From Escherichia coli (lineage in GTDB: Bacteria > Pseudomonadota > Gammaproteobacteria > Enterobacterales > Enterobacteriaceae): a stretch of 64,000 nucleotides of DNA. The DNA lies in the NCBI RefSeq assembly GCF_029227855.1, contig NZ_CP074356.1, one strand, 5' to 3'. Below are positions 46,776 through 62,800 of this stretch, piece after piece. Every line of letters starts with the position of its first letter. Position 1 is the first letter of the stretch. The notes beneath the pieces are model-generated. The model had not been told where the DNA came from. It saw only the letters and a list, made by a program, of their open reading frames with translations, and searched no databases. The position numbers and the translations under genes were made by a program.

Positions 46776-48002
46776 TTACTTCCGTTGCGCCGTCAACTCG
46801 GCAATACGGACGATCACCTGCACCGCTTTTTCCATACCTTCCAGAGTCACAAACTCATGCTTACCATGATAGTTGTAACCGCCAGTGAACAGGTTCGGGC
46901 ACGGTAATCCCATAAACGACAACTGCGCGCCGTCGGTACCGCCGCGGATCGGTTTCAGTTCCGGTTCAATATCGCAGTCACGCATCGCCTGCTGGGCGAT
47001 ATCGAGAATATGCGGATGCTCAACCACTTTCTCGCGCATATTGTAGTAACTGTCTTCAATCACCAGTTCAATGTAGCAATCAGGATGTAACCCTTTGCCC
47101 ACTTTTTTGGCGATCTCCATCATTTTACGTTTACGCGCTTCAAACTGTTTACGGTCGAAATCACGGATGATGTAGTGCATATCGGCCCGTTCAACGGTGC
47201 CTTTCATGCTCGCCAGGTGATAGAAACCTTCATAGCCTTCTGTCATTTCCGGGCTTTCATCCGCCGGAACTTCCGCATGAATACGTGCCGCCAGCGACAG
47301 CGCATTTACCATCACTCCTTTCGCCGTGCCCGGGTGAACATTGTTACCGACAATTTTGATATTGACCGACGCGGCGTTGAAGTTTTCAAACTCCAGTTCA
47401 CCTACGCCACCACCATCAACGGTGTAAGCCCAGCGGGCATCGAAGGCGTCAACATCAAAATGTTTCGCCCCTTTGCCCACTTCTTCATCCGGGGTAAAGG
47501 CGACGCGAATATCACCATGCGGAATGTTTTTCTGTTGCAATACCGCCAGCGCGGTCATGATTTCTGCAATACCTGCTTTGTCATCGGCACCTAACAAGGT
47601 TTTACCATCGGTGGTAATCAGCGTCTGACCCAGTAGCTGATGCAGCACCGGGAACATAACCGGTGATAAAACTTCATCGCCGATACCCAGCGCAATATCG
47701 CCACCGCGATAGTTTTCAACAATTTGCGGATTCACATTTTTGCCGCTGCAATCCGGTGAGGTATCCACATGAGAAATAAAGCCAATCGCCGGGATATCGC
47801 CAGGGACGTTAGCCGGTAACGTCGCCATCAAAGTGCCCTTCTCACTTAAGGTCACATTGATAAGCCCCATCTCTTCGAGCTGCTCTTTCAGCAGATGCAA
47901 TAACTTCCATTGGCCTTCCGTGCTGGGAACCTGTCTCACCCCTGCCTTTGATTGGGTATCCAGAGACACGTAGTTCAAAAATCGCTCAAGTAGTTTATCC
48001 AT
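46776..48002 (-). CDS. pepT: peptidase T (tripeptide aminopeptidase)
   Basis: 408 aa from the internal ATG ([46 protein letters not shown]...). Confidence 0.92.
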   Translation of the reverse strand: MDKLLERFLNYVSLDTQSKAGVRQVPSTEGQWKLLHLLKEQLEEMGLINVTLSEKGTLMATLPANVPGDIPAIGFISHVDTSPDCSGKNVNPQIVENYRGGDIALGIGDEVLSPVMFPVLHQLLGQTLITTDGKTLLGADDKAGIAEIMTALAVLQQKNIPHGDIRVAFTPDEEVGKGAKHFDVDAFDARWAYTVDGGGVGELEFENFNAASVNIKIVGNNVHPGTAKGVMVNALSLAARIHAEVPADESPEMTEGYEGFYHLASMKGTVERADMHYIIRDFDRKQFEARKRKMMEIAKKVGKGLHPDCYIELVIEDSYYNMREKVVEHPHILDIAQQAMRDCDIEPELKPIRGGTDGAQLSFMGLPCPNLFTGGYNYHGKHEFVTLEGMEKAVQVIVRIAELTAQRK

Positions 48003-48251
48003 GTAGTCACCCTCACTTTTTGTGACAACATTATTAAGAAGCAAGAAAAGACAAATATTGCGTCAGGTCACTTTTAGCCCTGCAAGCGGGAATATTTATC
48101 AGCATTACCTTAATGAATATAAAGCTAAGCCAGTAATTCACAACAAAGATTGGCGATTCAAGCGGTTTGCCGTAGAATTACCGCCCTCATTAAGAGTCAC
48201 CAAGGTGGTTAACCACAAACCCCGCATCGGTAAGCCATCCGTTGCGTTTAC

Positions 48252-49388
48252 ATGGGACAGAGTAAAAAATTGAATAAACAACCGAGTTCGCTTTCACCGC
48301 TGGTGCAATTGGCGGGAATTCGCAAATGCTTTGATGGTAAAGAGGTCATTCCCCAGCTGGATCTGACTATCAACAATGGCGAGTTCCTCACGCTGCTTGG
48401 CCCTTCTGGCTGCGGTAAAACAACCGTTCTTCGCCTGATTGCAGGTCTGGAAACTGTTGATTCCGGACGCATCATGCTGGATAACGAGGACATCACCCAC
48501 GTTCCGGCGGAAAACCGCTATGTGAACACTGTTTTCCAAAGCTACGCACTTTTCCCCCACATGACCGTATTCGAAAATGTGGCCTTTGGGTTACGCATGC
48601 AAAAAACCCCCGCTGCTGAAATTACGCCCCGCGTGATGGAAGCCCTGCGGATGGTGCAGCTGGAAACCTTCGCTCAACGCAAACCGCATCAGCTCTCTGG
48701 TGGTCAACAGCAACGCGTCGCCATTGCCCGCGCGGTGGTTAACAAGCCTCGTCTGTTGTTGCTGGATGAGTCGCTCTCAGCGCTGGATTACAAACTGCGC
48801 AAGCAAATGCAGAACGAGCTGAAAGCGTTACAGCGTAAGCTTGGCATTACATTCGTCTTCGTGACTCACGACCAGGAAGAAGCACTCACCATGTCGGACA
48901 GGATTGTGGTGATGCGCGATGGTCGCATTGAGCAAGACGGCACGCCGCGTGAAATCTATGAAGAGCCGAAAAACCTGTTTGTTGCTGGGTTTATTGGCGA
49001 AATCAATATGTTTAACGCCACTGTCATCGAACGTCTAGACGAGCAGCGCGTACGCGCCAACGTTGAAGGCCGCGAATGTAATATCTACGTTAACTTCGCC
49101 GTTGAACCGGGGCAAAAACTGCATGTTCTGCTGCGCCCGGAAGACTTACGTGTTGAAGAGATTAACGACGACAACCACGCTGAAGGGCTGATTGGTTACG
49201 TTCGCGAGCGTAACTACAAAGGCATGACGCTGGAGTCGGTTGTTGAACTGGAAAATGGCAAGATGGTGATGGTCAGCGAATTCTTCAATGAAGACGATCC
49301 TGACTTTGACCACTCTCTCGACCAAAAAATGGCCATTAATTGGGTAGAAAGCTGGGAGGTCGTACTGGCTGATGAAGAACACAAGTAA
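48252..49388 (+). CDS. potA: spermidine/putrescine ABC transporter ATPase PotA
   Basis: 378 aa, Walker [10 protein letters not shown] and ABC signature [14 protein letters not shown]. Confidence 0.94.
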
Positions 49389-50229
49389 GTTCCAGAATGT
49401 AGTGATTGTCACTATTGTCGGTTGGCTTGTGTTGTTTGTCTTTCTGCCCAACCTGATGATCATTGGCACCAGCTTTTTGACCCGCGACGACGCCAGTTTC
49501 GTCAAAATGGTCTTTACGCTGGATAACTACACGCGTCTGCTTGATCCGCTCTATTTTGAAGTGCTATTGCACTCGCTGAATATGGCGCTGATCGCCACCC
49601 TCGCCTGCCTGGTGCTGGGCTATCCTTTTGCCTGGTTTCTGGCGAAGCTGCCACACAAGGTGCGTCCGCTGCTGCTGTTTCTGCTGATTGTTCCGTTCTG
49701 GACCAACTCATTGATTCGTATCTACGGGCTGAAAATTTTCCTCAGCACCAAAGGCTATCTCAACGAGTTTTTGCTCTGGCTGGGCGTTATCGATACACCA
49801 ATTCGCATCATGTTCACACCCAGTGCGGTGATTATCGGTCTGGTTTACATTCTGCTGCCGTTTATGGTGATGCCGCTGTACTCCAGTATCGAAAAACTGG
49901 ATAAGCCGTTGCTTGAGGCGGCGCGCGATCTCGGTGCCAGCAAGTTACAGACTTTTATCCGCATCATTATTCCACTGACGATGCCAGGAATTATTGCCGG
50001 ATGCCTGTTGGTGATGCTGCCAGCGATGGGCCTGTTCTATGTGTCCGACCTGATGGGCGGTGCGAAAAACCTGCTGATCGGTAACGTCATCAAAGTACAG
50101 TTCCTCAATATTCGTGACTGGCCGTTTGGTGCAGCCACCAGCATTACGCTGACTATCGTAATGGGCCTGATGTTGCTGGTTTACTGGCGCGCTTCTCGTT
50201 TGCTGAATAAGAAGGTGGAACTCGAATGA
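49372..50229 (+). CDS. potB: spermidine/putrescine ABC transporter permease PotB
   Basis: Membrane permease ORF; the true start may be the GTG at about 49402, giving 275 aa. Confidence 0.9.
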
Positions 50230-51020
50230 TCGGTCGACTGCTTCGCGGCGGTTTTATGACCGCTATCTACGCGTACCTGTATATCCCAATCATTATTTTG
50301 ATTGTGAACTCCTTTAACAGCTCGCGCTTTGGCATCAACTGGCAGGGTTTTACCACTAAATGGTATAGCCTGCTGATGAACAACGACAGTCTGTTGCAGG
50401 CAGCTCAGCATTCATTGACGATGGCGGTGTTTTCAGCGACGTTTGCTACGCTTATCGGTTCACTGACTGCAGTTGCGCTGTACCGTTATCGCTTTCGCGG
50501 TAAGCCGTTCGTTAGCGGAATGCTGTTTGTGGTGATGATGTCGCCAGATATTGTGATGGCAATTTCTCTGCTGGTGCTGTTTATGCTGCTGGGTATTCAG
50601 CTTGGCTTCTGGTCGCTACTGTTCTCGCATATCACCTTCTGCCTGCCGTTTGTGGTGGTGACGGTGTATTCGCGCCTGAAAGGTTTTGACGTGCGGATGC
50701 TGGAAGCGGCGAAAGATCTCGGTGCCAGCGAATTTACCATTCTGCGAAAAATCATTCTGCCACTGGCAATGCCAGCGGTGGCGGCGGGCTGGGTGTTAAG
50801 CTTTACCCTGTCGATGGACGATGTGGTGGTTTCTTCGTTCGTCACCGGACCAAGTTATGAAATTCTGCCATTAAAAATTTATTCGATGGTTAAAGTCGGC
50901 GTATCGCCGGAAGTTAACGCGCTGGCAACCATATTACTGGTGCTGTCGCTGGTGATGGTAATTGCCAGCCAGCTTATTGCTCGTGATAAAACGAAAGGTA
51001 ACACAGGGGACGTTAAATGA
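50226..51020 (+). CDS. potC: spermidine/putrescine ABC transporter permease PotC
   Basis: 264-aa permease, overlaps the potB stop. Confidence 0.93.
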   Translation: MIGRLLRGGFMTAIYAYLYIPIIILIVNSFNSSRFGINWQGFTTKWYSLLMNNDSLLQAAQHSLTMAVFSATFATLIGSLTAVALYRYRFRGKPFVSGMLFVVMMSPDIVMAISLLVLFMLLGIQLGFWSLLFSHITFCLPFVVVTVYSRLKGFDVRMLEAAKDLGASEFTILRKIILPLAMPAVAAGWVLSFTLSMDDVVVSSFVTGPSYEILPLKIYSMVKVGVSPEVNALATILLVLSLVMVIASQLIARDKTKGNTGDVK

Positions 51021-52063
51021 AAAAATGGTCACGCCACCTGCTCGCGGCGGGTGCTCTGGCACTGGGCATGAGCGCCGCTCACGCCGATGACAACAACACG
51101 CTGTATTTCTACAACTGGACCGAGTACGTGCCGCCAGGACTGCTTGAACAGTTCACCAAAGAAACCGGTATTAAGGTTATCTATTCGACTTACGAGTCGA
51201 ACGAAACCATGTACGCGAAGCTGAAAACGTACAAAGACGGTGCCTATGACCTGGTGGTTCCTTCAACCTATTACGTCGATAAAATGCGTAAAGAAGGGAT
51301 GATCCAGAAGATCGACAAGTCGAAGTTAAGCAATTTCAGCAACCTCGATCCAGACATGCTCAACAAGCCGTTTGACCCGAATAACGACTATTCCATTCCG
51401 TATATCTGGGGTGCAACGGCGATTGGCGTTAACGGTGATGCGGTGGATCCGAAATCTGTCACCAGCTGGGCCGATCTGTGGAAACCTGAGTACAAAGGCA
51501 GCCTGCTGCTGACCGACGATGCCCGTGAAGTGTTCCAGATGGCACTGCGTAAGCTGGGCTACTCCGGTAACACCACCGATCCGAAAGAGATTGAAGCTGC
51601 ATACAACGAGCTGAAAAAACTGATGCCAAACGTCGCGGCGTTTAACTCCGATAACCCGGCGAACCCGTATATGGAAGGCGAAGTTAACCTCGGCATGATC
51701 TGGAACGGTTCTGCTTTCGTTGCACGCCAGGCGGGTACGCCAATTGATGTGGTGTGGCCGAAAGAAGGCGGCATTTTCTGGATGGACAGCCTGGCGATCC
51801 CGGCAAATGCCAAAAACAAAGAAGGCGCGCTGAAATTGATCAACTTCCTGCTGCGCCCGGATGTGGCAAAACAGGTTGCAGAAACTATCGGTTATCCAAC
51901 GCCAAACCTTGCGGCGCGTAAGCTGTTAAGTCCGGAAGTGGCGAACGATAAAACGCTCTACCCGGATGCTGAAACCATTAAAAATGGTGAATGGCAGAAT
52001 GACGTTGGCGCAGCCAGCAGCATTTATGAAGAGTATTATCAGAAGCTGAAAGCAGGACGTTAA
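51017..52063 (+). CDS. potD: spermidine/putrescine periplasmic binding protein PotD
   Basis: 348 aa with signal peptide MKKWSRHLLAAGALALGMSAAHA. Confidence 0.94.
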   Translation: MKKWSRHLLAAGALALGMSAAHADDNNTLYFYNWTEYVPPGLLEQFTKETGIKVIYSTYESNETMYAKLKTYKDGAYDLVVPSTYYVDKMRKEGMIQKIDKSKLSNFSNLDPDMLNKPFDPNNDYSIPYIWGATAIGVNGDAVDPKSVTSWADLWKPEYKGSLLLTDDAREVFQMALRKLGYSGNTTDPKEIEAAYNELKKLMPNVAAFNSDNPANPYMEGEVNLGMIWNGSAFVARQAGTPIDVVWPKEGGIFWMDSLAIPANAKNKEGALKLINFLLRPDVAKQVAETIGYPTPNLAARKLLSPEVANDKTLYPDAETIKNGEWQNDVGAASSIYEEYYQKLKAGR

Positions 52064-52071
52064 TTCAGCAA

Positions 52072-52100
52072 GCGGGCGGTGGTATTACCGCCCGTTTTTT
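52072..52100 (+). terminator. intrinsic terminator of the potABCD operon
   Basis: gcgggcggt-ggtatt-accgcccg followed by tttttt. Confidence 0.65.
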
Positions 52101-52120
52101 ATTTAGCAAGGATGTGGCTA

Positions 52121-52582
52121 ATGAGTCAGGACAGTAGAGTTTTCTTTCGTATATTCCTCGGTATCGGTCTGGTACTGATCCTCATTTCTGTTGTTGTCTT
52201 TTATAACCAGTTCACCTATAGCAAAGACGCGATTCATACTGAAGGCGTCATTGTTGATACCGTCTGGCACTCCAGTCATTCTCATCGCACGGGTAAAAAT
52301 GGTTCGTGGTATCCCGTCGTTGCCTTTCGACCGACGCCTGATTACACGCTAATTTTCAATTCGAGTATCGGCAGCGATTTTTATGAAGACAGCGAAGGCG
52401 ATAAAGTTAATGTTTATTATTCTCCAGGGCATCCTGAAAAGGCTGAGATAAATAACCCGTGGGTTAATTTTTTTAAATGGGGGTTTGTCGGCATTATGGG
52501 CGTTATTTTTATCGCCGTCGGTTTATTAATCAGTATGCCCTCCTCTAAAAAGTCACGCAGGAAACGGAAGTCCCGTCCATGA
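52121..52582 (+). CDS. ymfA: inner membrane protein YmfA
   Basis: 153 aa from the internal ATG ([30 protein letters not shown]...). Confidence 0.78.
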   Translation: MSQDSRVFFRIFLGIGLVLILISVVVFYNQFTYSKDAIHTEGVIVDTVWHSSHSHRTGKNGSWYPVVAFRPTPDYTLIFNSSIGSDFYEDSEGDKVNVYYSPGHPEKAEINNPWVNFFKWGFVGIMGVIFIAVGLLISMPSSKKSRRKRKSRP

Positions 52583-53364
52583 AAAAAATCATAATACTGC
52601 TCAGTTTACTGATACTGCTGCCTCTGACAGCAACCAGTAAGCCCTTAATCCCAATAATGAAGACACTTTTTACGGATGTTACAGGTACTGTACCGGATGC
52701 TGAGGAGATTGCGCGGAAGGCGGAGCTTTTTCGTCAACAAACCGGGATTGCGCCGTTTATCGTGGTTGTACCTGACGTTAATGAAGCAAGCTTCAGGCAA
52801 AATGGCAAAGCGATGCTGGCGCATGCGTCATCTTCATTGAGTGATGTAAAAGGCAGCGTCCTGTTACTTTTTACCACCCGCGAGCCACGGTTAATTATGA
52901 TAACCAACGGCGAGGTTGAAAGCGGTCTGGACGATAAACATCTCGGCCTTCTGGTAGAAAATCACACTCAGGCTTATTTACATGCGGACCTCTGGTATCA
53001 GGGAATCAATAATGCATTGGCTGTTTTACAAGCACAGATATTAAAACAACCGACGCCGCCACTGACATATTATCCGCATCCCGGACAACAGCAGGAGAAT
53101 GATCCTCCCGGCAGTACCACGATATTAGGTCTTTTTGCCTGGGCAGTTGCATTCATCGTCTTTACTGCATTTTTTTACTACACGACGCGCCTTAATTATG
53201 CATTAAAGTTTGCAGTGGCGATGACTATTGCCAATATGGGTTATCAGGCTTTATGTTTGTACATCGATAATAGCTTTGCGATTACCAGAATATCGCCGCT
53301 CTGGGCAGGGCTGATTGGTGTCTGTACGTTTATTGCCGCGTTGTTATTGACGAGTAAACGGTAA
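52579..53364 (+). CDS. ycfZ: inner membrane protein YcfZ
   Basis: 261-aa ORF overlapping the ymfA stop; conserved position. Confidence 0.82.
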   Translation: MKKIIILLSLLILLPLTATSKPLIPIMKTLFTDVTGTVPDAEEIARKAELFRQQTGIAPFIVVVPDVNEASFRQNGKAMLAHASSSLSDVKGSVLLLFTTREPRLIMITNGEVESGLDDKHLGLLVENHTQAYLHADLWYQGINNALAVLQAQILKQPTPPLTYYPHPGQQQENDPPGSTTILGLFAWAVAFIVFTAFFYYTTRLNYALKFAVAMTIANMGYQALCLYIDNSFAITRISPLWAGLIGVCTFIAALLLTSKR

Positions 53365-53390
53365 AAGAGGCAGTAAAGTGTGCGTTTATT

Positions 53391-53493
53391 ATGCCGGATG
53401 CGGCGCGAACGCCTTATCTGGCCCACAAAACCCGCAAATTCAATTAATTGCGTCCCCTTGTAGGCCTGATAAGCGTAGCGCATCAGGCAATGC
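53391..53493. repeat. pair of REP (repetitive extragenic palindrome) elements in inverted orientation
   Basis: gccggatgcggcgcgaacgccttatctggcc and gtaggcctgataagcgtagcgcatcaggca, REP-consensus-like, between ycfZ and cobB. Confidence 0.55.
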
Positions 53494-53501
53494 TTCCTGC
53501 T

Positions 53502-54323
53502 TTATAAGCCCTTCAGCAACTTTTCAACAAACTCTGGCACCACCTGGCTTGCCGGGCCGTAATATTTCTCGGCAAATTCATTACCGACCTGGCTTGGTTC
53601 AAGATTCAGTTCCACGGTGTGTGCGCCATGCAGTTTCGCTTCGTGAACAAACCCAGCCGCCGGATAAACATGCCCTGATGTACCAATGGCAATGAAAATA
53701 TCGGCCATTGACAACGCCATATAAATTTCATCCATGCCGAGTGGCATTTCGCCAAACCAAACGACGTGCGGGCGCAAGGGGGCCGGGAACTGGCAACAAT
53801 GGCATTTATCTTCTGGCGTAACGTCTCCGGTCCAGTCGAGAACCTGACCACTTTGCGAACAGCGAACTTTCAGCAGTTCCCCATGCATATGAATGACATT
53901 GGTATTACCTGCGCGTTCATGCAGGTTGTCGATATTCTGCGTCACCAGCAAAAAGCGATCGCCGAGGGCGTCTTGCAGTTTAGCCAGCGCAAGATGCGCG
54001 GCGTTAGGCTGAATTTCTGGCTGCTGTAGCTGTCGACGACGGGCGTTATAAAACGCTTGCACCAGTTCAGGATCGCGATCGAAACCTTCCGGCGTTGCCA
54101 CATCTTCAACCCGATGTTCTTCCCACAGGCCATCTGCGGCGCGAAAGGTACGAATACCTGATTCCGCAGAAATCCCTGCCCCTGTCAGTACGAGTACTCT
54201 TGGTTTTTCCATTGCTTCCGGCACCACTTTATCTCTGAAAAAAATACGCTGACGCAAACGCTCGCGCAGACGGCGTTTATTTTTACGAAAACGACTTAAC
54301 CGATGACCCCGACGCGACAGCAT
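53502..54323 (-). CDS. cobB: NAD-dependent protein deacylase CobB (sirtuin)
   Basis: 273-aa ORF with sirtuin motifs ([14 protein letters not shown]..., Zn-binding CxxC pairs). Confidence 0.9.
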   Translation of the reverse strand: MLSRRGHRLSRFRKNKRRLRERLRQRIFFRDKVVPEAMEKPRVLVLTGAGISAESGIRTFRAADGLWEEHRVEDVATPEGFDRDPELVQAFYNARRRQLQQPEIQPNAAHLALAKLQDALGDRFLLVTQNIDNLHERAGNTNVIHMHGELLKVRCSQSGQVLDWTGDVTPEDKCHCCQFPAPLRPHVVWFGEMPLGMDEIYMALSMADIFIAIGTSGHVYPAAGFVHEAKLHGAHTVELNLEPSQVGNEFAEKYYGPASQVVPEFVEKLLKGL

Positions 54324-54338
54324 AGCAACCTCTGTTGT

Positions 54339-55250
54339 TTAATCGGTTAGATGTAGGAAGGCCGCACCACGCATTCCTCCCGCATCACCGTGGCGCGCGC
54401 GTTCAATGCGCGGAACACGAGCTACAGGTAAGAGATGACGAGGCAGCCTGTCCGCCAGTTGCGTTGTGATTGCCGGGAAATTCGATAAGCCACCACCAAT
54501 GACGACCAGGTCAGGGTCAACAATGGTCAGGATATTTCCCAGACAAACCGCTAATAAATCCAGATAACGCTCAACGTGCGCCCTTGCCTGCTCATCACCT
54601 TGATCATAAAGCGCAATAATTTCGGGAGCCTGCAACGGTTGATGATAATAGTGTTGATACAGCCACGCAAAACCGCGACCAGACAGATAATTTTCAATGC
54701 AGCCATGCTGACCACAGCCGCAGCGGCGTAACGGGAAATCCAGCCCCATCATGGTTAACGCATCAACCGGCAGACGCATATGGCCAAACTCGCCGGTAAT
54801 ATAGCTTTTACCGGTAATTGGTTTACCGTTGAAAATCAGCCCGCCGCCAACGCCGGTGCCGAGAATCAACCCCATCACCAGTGGATATTGAGTAAATTCA
54901 TCATCCCAGGCTTCTGAAAGGGCAAAACAGTTGGCATCGTTATCAAGGCGTACATCGCGATCAAGACGTGCGCTCAGGTCGGCACGCAGCGGTTTACCGC
55001 TGGCAGCGGGGACATTGGCGGCATACAGCGTACCATCTTCTGTTTCCGGCATTCCCGGAATACCGATGCCGACAGAGCCTTTACAGCCAAAACGTTGGTC
55101 AGCTTCAGCTACCAGCTCACACACTGCATCTAAAAATGCGTCATAGCTGTCACGCGGTGTCGGCACCCGCTTTTCCCACTGCAACTGCCGACCGCTATCA
55201 AACACGCCAAGCGCAATTTTTGTTCCACCAATATCAAACCCGTAATACAT
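54339..55250 (-). CDS. nagK: N-acetyl-D-glucosamine kinase NagK
   Basis: 303 aa from the internal ATG ([32 protein letters not shown]...), ROK family. Confidence 0.9.
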
Positions 55251-55278
55251 TGCCGCTCCTTGTTTTAATGTACTGCCT

Positions 55279-58527
<3,249 letters not shown>

Positions 58528-58676
58528 TCAATCGACTAAAGGGCCTCATTTTCTCATTGGCCTTGTGGCCTGATCTTTATCTGAAAAATAACCAAATACA
58601 GACAGATACGCATTACACCACGCGACTGGCCCCTCAGGATCAACAGCATGTTAAATAAAAAGAGCGTGTTGTCCTG

Positions 58677-59750
58677 ATGAAACAAAAAGAGCTATGGATT
58701 AACCAGATCAAAGGATTATGTATTTGTCTGGTAGTGATTTATCACTCGGTGATTACCTTTTATCCGCATCTGAGCACTTTTCAGCATCCGTTATCGGAAG
58801 TCCTGAGCAAATGCTGGATCTATTTCAATCTTTACCTTGCACCCTTTCGTATGCCGGTTTTTTTCTTTATATCCGGCTATTTGATTCGCCGCTATATCGA
58901 CAGCGTACCGTGGGGAAATTGTCTCGATAAACGGATCTGGAACATCTTCTGGGTGCTGGCGCTTTGGGGCGTGGTGCAGTGGCTGGCGTTAAGTGCGCTG
59001 AACCAGTGGCTGGCACCTGAGCGCGATTTAAGCAATGCCTCCAATGCCGCGTATGCCGATTCCACCGGTGAGTTCCTGCACGGGATGATCACCGCCAGCA
59101 CCAGTTTGTGGTATCTGTATGCGTTAATTGTTTATTTCGTGGTATGTAAAATTTTTAGCCGTCTGGCGCTGCCACTATTCGCCTTGTTTGTACTGATGAG
59201 TGTGGCGGTTAATTTCGTTCCCACGCCGTGGTGGGGCATGAACAGTGTGATCCGCAATTTGCCTTATTACAGCCTTGGCGCATGGTTTGGCGCAACATTA
59301 ATGACCTACGTTAAAGAGGTGCCGTTGCGCCGCCATCTGCTGATGGCTTCTTTGCTGACCGTTCTGGCGGTCGGTGCCTGGTTGTTTACTATCTCGCTGC
59401 TGTTGTCGCTGGTATCGATTGTGGTGATCATGAAGCTGTTTTATCAATACGAGCAACGTTTCGGTATGCGCTCCACCAGCCTGCTGAATGTGATTGGCAC
59501 CAACACCATTGCTATCTACACCACCCATCGCATTCTGGTAGAGATATTCAGCTTAACTCTGCTTGCGCCAATGAACGCGGCACGCTGGTCGCCGCAAGTC
59601 GAACTGACACTCCTGATGGTTTACCCCTTTGTCAGTTTGTTCATCTGTACTGTTGCGGGCTTGCTGGTAAGAAAACTTTCACAGCGCGCATTCAGCGATC
59701 TGTTGTTCTCCCCGCCTTCACTGCCCGCTGCCGTCAGTTACTCCCGCTAA
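58677..59750 (+). CDS. ycfT: inner-membrane acyltransferase-family protein YcfT
   Basis: 357-aa polytopic membrane ORF at the conserved position between lolC and mfd. Confidence 0.8.
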   Translation: MKQKELWINQIKGLCICLVVIYHSVITFYPHLSTFQHPLSEVLSKCWIYFNLYLAPFRMPVFFFISGYLIRRYIDSVPWGNCLDKRIWNIFWVLALWGVVQWLALSALNQWLAPERDLSNASNAAYADSTGEFLHGMITASTSLWYLYALIVYFVVCKIFSRLALPLFALFVLMSVAVNFVPTPWWGMNSVIRNLPYYSLGAWFGATLMTYVKEVPLRRHLLMASLLTVLAVGAWLFTISLLLSLVSIVVIMKLFYQYEQRFGMRSTSLLNVIGTNTIAIYTTHRILVEIFSLTLLAPMNAARWSPQVELTLLMVYPFVSLFICTVAGLLVRKLSQRAFSDLLFSPPSLPAAVSYSR

Positions 59751-59877
59751 GCCATCGCCCCAGCCGGGGCGATTCAATTTGCTAAACCATGTCGATTACG
59801 GATAATGAACAGCATTGCTTATCAGAGATATGCCCCCATATGTTGAGGCATATCCTAACGAGAATCTGACAACCGTT

Positions 59878-62800
59878 ATGCCTGAACAATATCGTTATAC
59901 GCTGCCCGTCAAAGCGGGTGAGCAGCGTCTGCTGGGCGAGTTAACTGGCGCTGCCTGCGCGACGCTGGTGGCGGAAATTGCCGAACGTCACGCCGGACCA
60001 GTGGTGCTTATTGCGCCAGATATGCAAAATGCCCTGCGTTTGCATGATGAAATTAGCCAGTTTACCGACCAGATGGTGATGAATCTGGCGGACTGGGAAA
60101 CTCTTCCCTACGACAGTTTTTCGCCTCATCAGGACATTATCTCCTCGCGCCTTTCCACCCTTTACCAGCTACCGACGATGCAGCGTGGCGTACTGATTGT
60201 TCCGGTGAATACGCTTATGCAGCGCGTTTGCCCGCACAGTTTTCTCCACGGCCATGCGCTGGTGATGAAAAAAGGTCAGCGCCTGTCACGAGATGCATTA
60301 CGAACCCAACTGGACAGCGCCGGTTATCGCCATGTTGACCAGGTGATGGAGCACGGCGAATACGCCACGCGCGGCGCGTTGCTGGATCTCTTCCCGATGG
60401 GGAGTGAGCTGCCTTATCGTCTTGATTTCTTTGATGATGAAATCGACAGCCTGCGGGTGTTTGACGTCGACAGCCAGCGTACGCTGGAGGAAGTAGAAGA
60501 GATCAATCTGCTTCCCGCGCACGAATTTCCGACCGATAAAGCGGCAATTGAACTGTTCCGCAGCCAGTGGCGTGATACCTTCGAAGTGAAGCGCGATCCG
60601 GAACATATTTATCAGCAAGTGAGTAAAGGCACATTACCTGCCGGGATCGAGTACTGGCAGCCGCTATTCTTCAGCGAACCGCTGCCGCCACTGTTCAGTT
60701 ATTTCCCTGCCAATACGCTGTTGGTGAATACTGGCGATCTGGAAAACAGTGCCGAACGTTTCCAGGCTGACACGCTGGCGCGTTTTGAAAATCGCGGCGT
60801 CGATCCGATGCGTCCACTGTTGCCACCACAATCGCTCTGGCTGCGGGTAGACGAGCTCTTTTCAGAGCTGAAAAACTGGCCGCGTGTGCAGCTAAAAACT
60901 GAACATTTACCGACAAAAGCAGCGAATGCCAATTTAGGTTTCCAGAAACTGCCAGACCTGGCCGTTCAGGCACAACAAAAAGCGCCGCTGGATGCGCTGC
61001 GTAAGTTCCTCGAGTCTTTCGACGGTCCGGTGGTGTTCTCGGTAGAAAGTGAAGGTCGCCGTGAAGCACTGGGTGAACTGCTCGCGCGAATTAAAATTGC
61101 TCCTCAACGCATTATGCGTCTTGATGAAGCCAGCGACCGTGGGCGTTATCTGATGATTGGCGCTGCCGAACATGGTTTTGTCGATACGGTGCGTAATCTG
61201 GCGCTGATCTGCGAAAGCGATCTGCTCGGTGAACGCGTTGCCCGCCGTCGTCAGGATTCTCGCCGCGCCATCAACCCCGATACACTGATCCGTAACCTCG
61301 CGGAGCTGCATATTGGTCAGCCGGTGGTCCATCTGGAGCACGGTGTCGGTCGTTATGCAGGAATGACCACGCTGGAAGCGGGCGGCATTACTGGCGAGTA
61401 CCTGATGCTCACCTATGCCAACGACGCCAAACTGTATGTTCCGGTGTCGTCACTGCATCTGATTAGCCGTTACGCAGGTGGCGCGGAAGAAAACGCCCCG
61501 CTGCATAAACTTGGCGGCGATGCGTGGTCACGCGCGCGGCAGAAAGCGGCGGAAAAAGTGCGTGATGTGGCGGCAGAATTACTGGATATTTACGCGCAAC
61601 GCGCCGCCAAAGAGGGCTTCGCGTTTAAACACGATCGCGAGCAGTATCAGTTGTTCTGCGACAGCTTCCCGTTTGAAACCACGCCGGATCAGGCACAGGC
61701 CATTAATGCGGTACTTAGCGACATGTGTCAGCCGCTGGCAATGGATCGTCTGGTGTGCGGCGATGTTGGCTTTGGTAAAACAGAAGTGGCGATGCGCGCC
61801 GCTTTCCTGGCAGTAGATAACCACAAGCAGGTGGCGGTGCTGGTGCCTACCACCCTTCTCGCGCAGCAGCATTACGACAACTTCCGCGACCGTTTCGCCA
61901 ACTGGCCGGTACGTATCGAAATGATCTCCCGTTTCCGCAGCGCCAAAGAGCAGACGCAAATCCTTGCGGAAGTGGCGGAAGGGAAAATCGATATTCTGAT
62001 CGGTACGCACAAACTGCTGCAAAGTGACGTCAAGTTTAAAGATTTAGGCCTGCTGATTGTCGATGAAGAACACCGCTTCGGGGTGCGTCATAAAGAGCGC
62101 ATTAAAGCGATGCGTGCGAACGTGGATATTCTGACGCTTACCGCTACGCCGATCCCACGTACGCTGAATATGGCGATGAGCGGAATGCGCGATCTGTCGA
62201 TTATTGCCACGCCGCCCGCCCGTCGTCTGGCGGTCAAAACGTTTGTCCGCGAGTATGACAGTCTGGTGGTCCGGGAGGCGATCCTGCGTGAAATTTTGCG
62301 CGGAGGACAGGTTTATTATCTCTACAATGATGTGGAAAACATCCAGAAAGCCGCCGAACGGCTGGCAGAACTGGTACCTGAAGCGCGGATTGCCATCGGT
62401 CACGGGCAGATGCGTGAGCGCGAACTGGAACGGGTGATGAATGATTTCCATCATCAACGTTTCAACGTGCTGGTTTGTACCACCATTATCGAAACCGGGA
62501 TCGACATCCCGACAGCCAACACCATTATCATTGAACGCGCGGATCACTTCGGTCTGGCGCAGCTGCACCAGTTACGCGGTCGCGTCGGACGTTCGCATCA
62601 TCAGGCATATGCATGGTTGCTGACACCGCATCCAAAAGCTATGACTACCGATGCACAAAAACGTCTTGAAGCGATTGCCTCGCTGGAAGATCTCGGGGCA
62701 GGTTTTGCGCTGGCAACGCACGATCTGGAGATTCGCGGCGCGGGTGAACTGCTTGGCGAAGAACAAAGCGGCTCAATGGAAACCATCGGTTTCTCGCTGT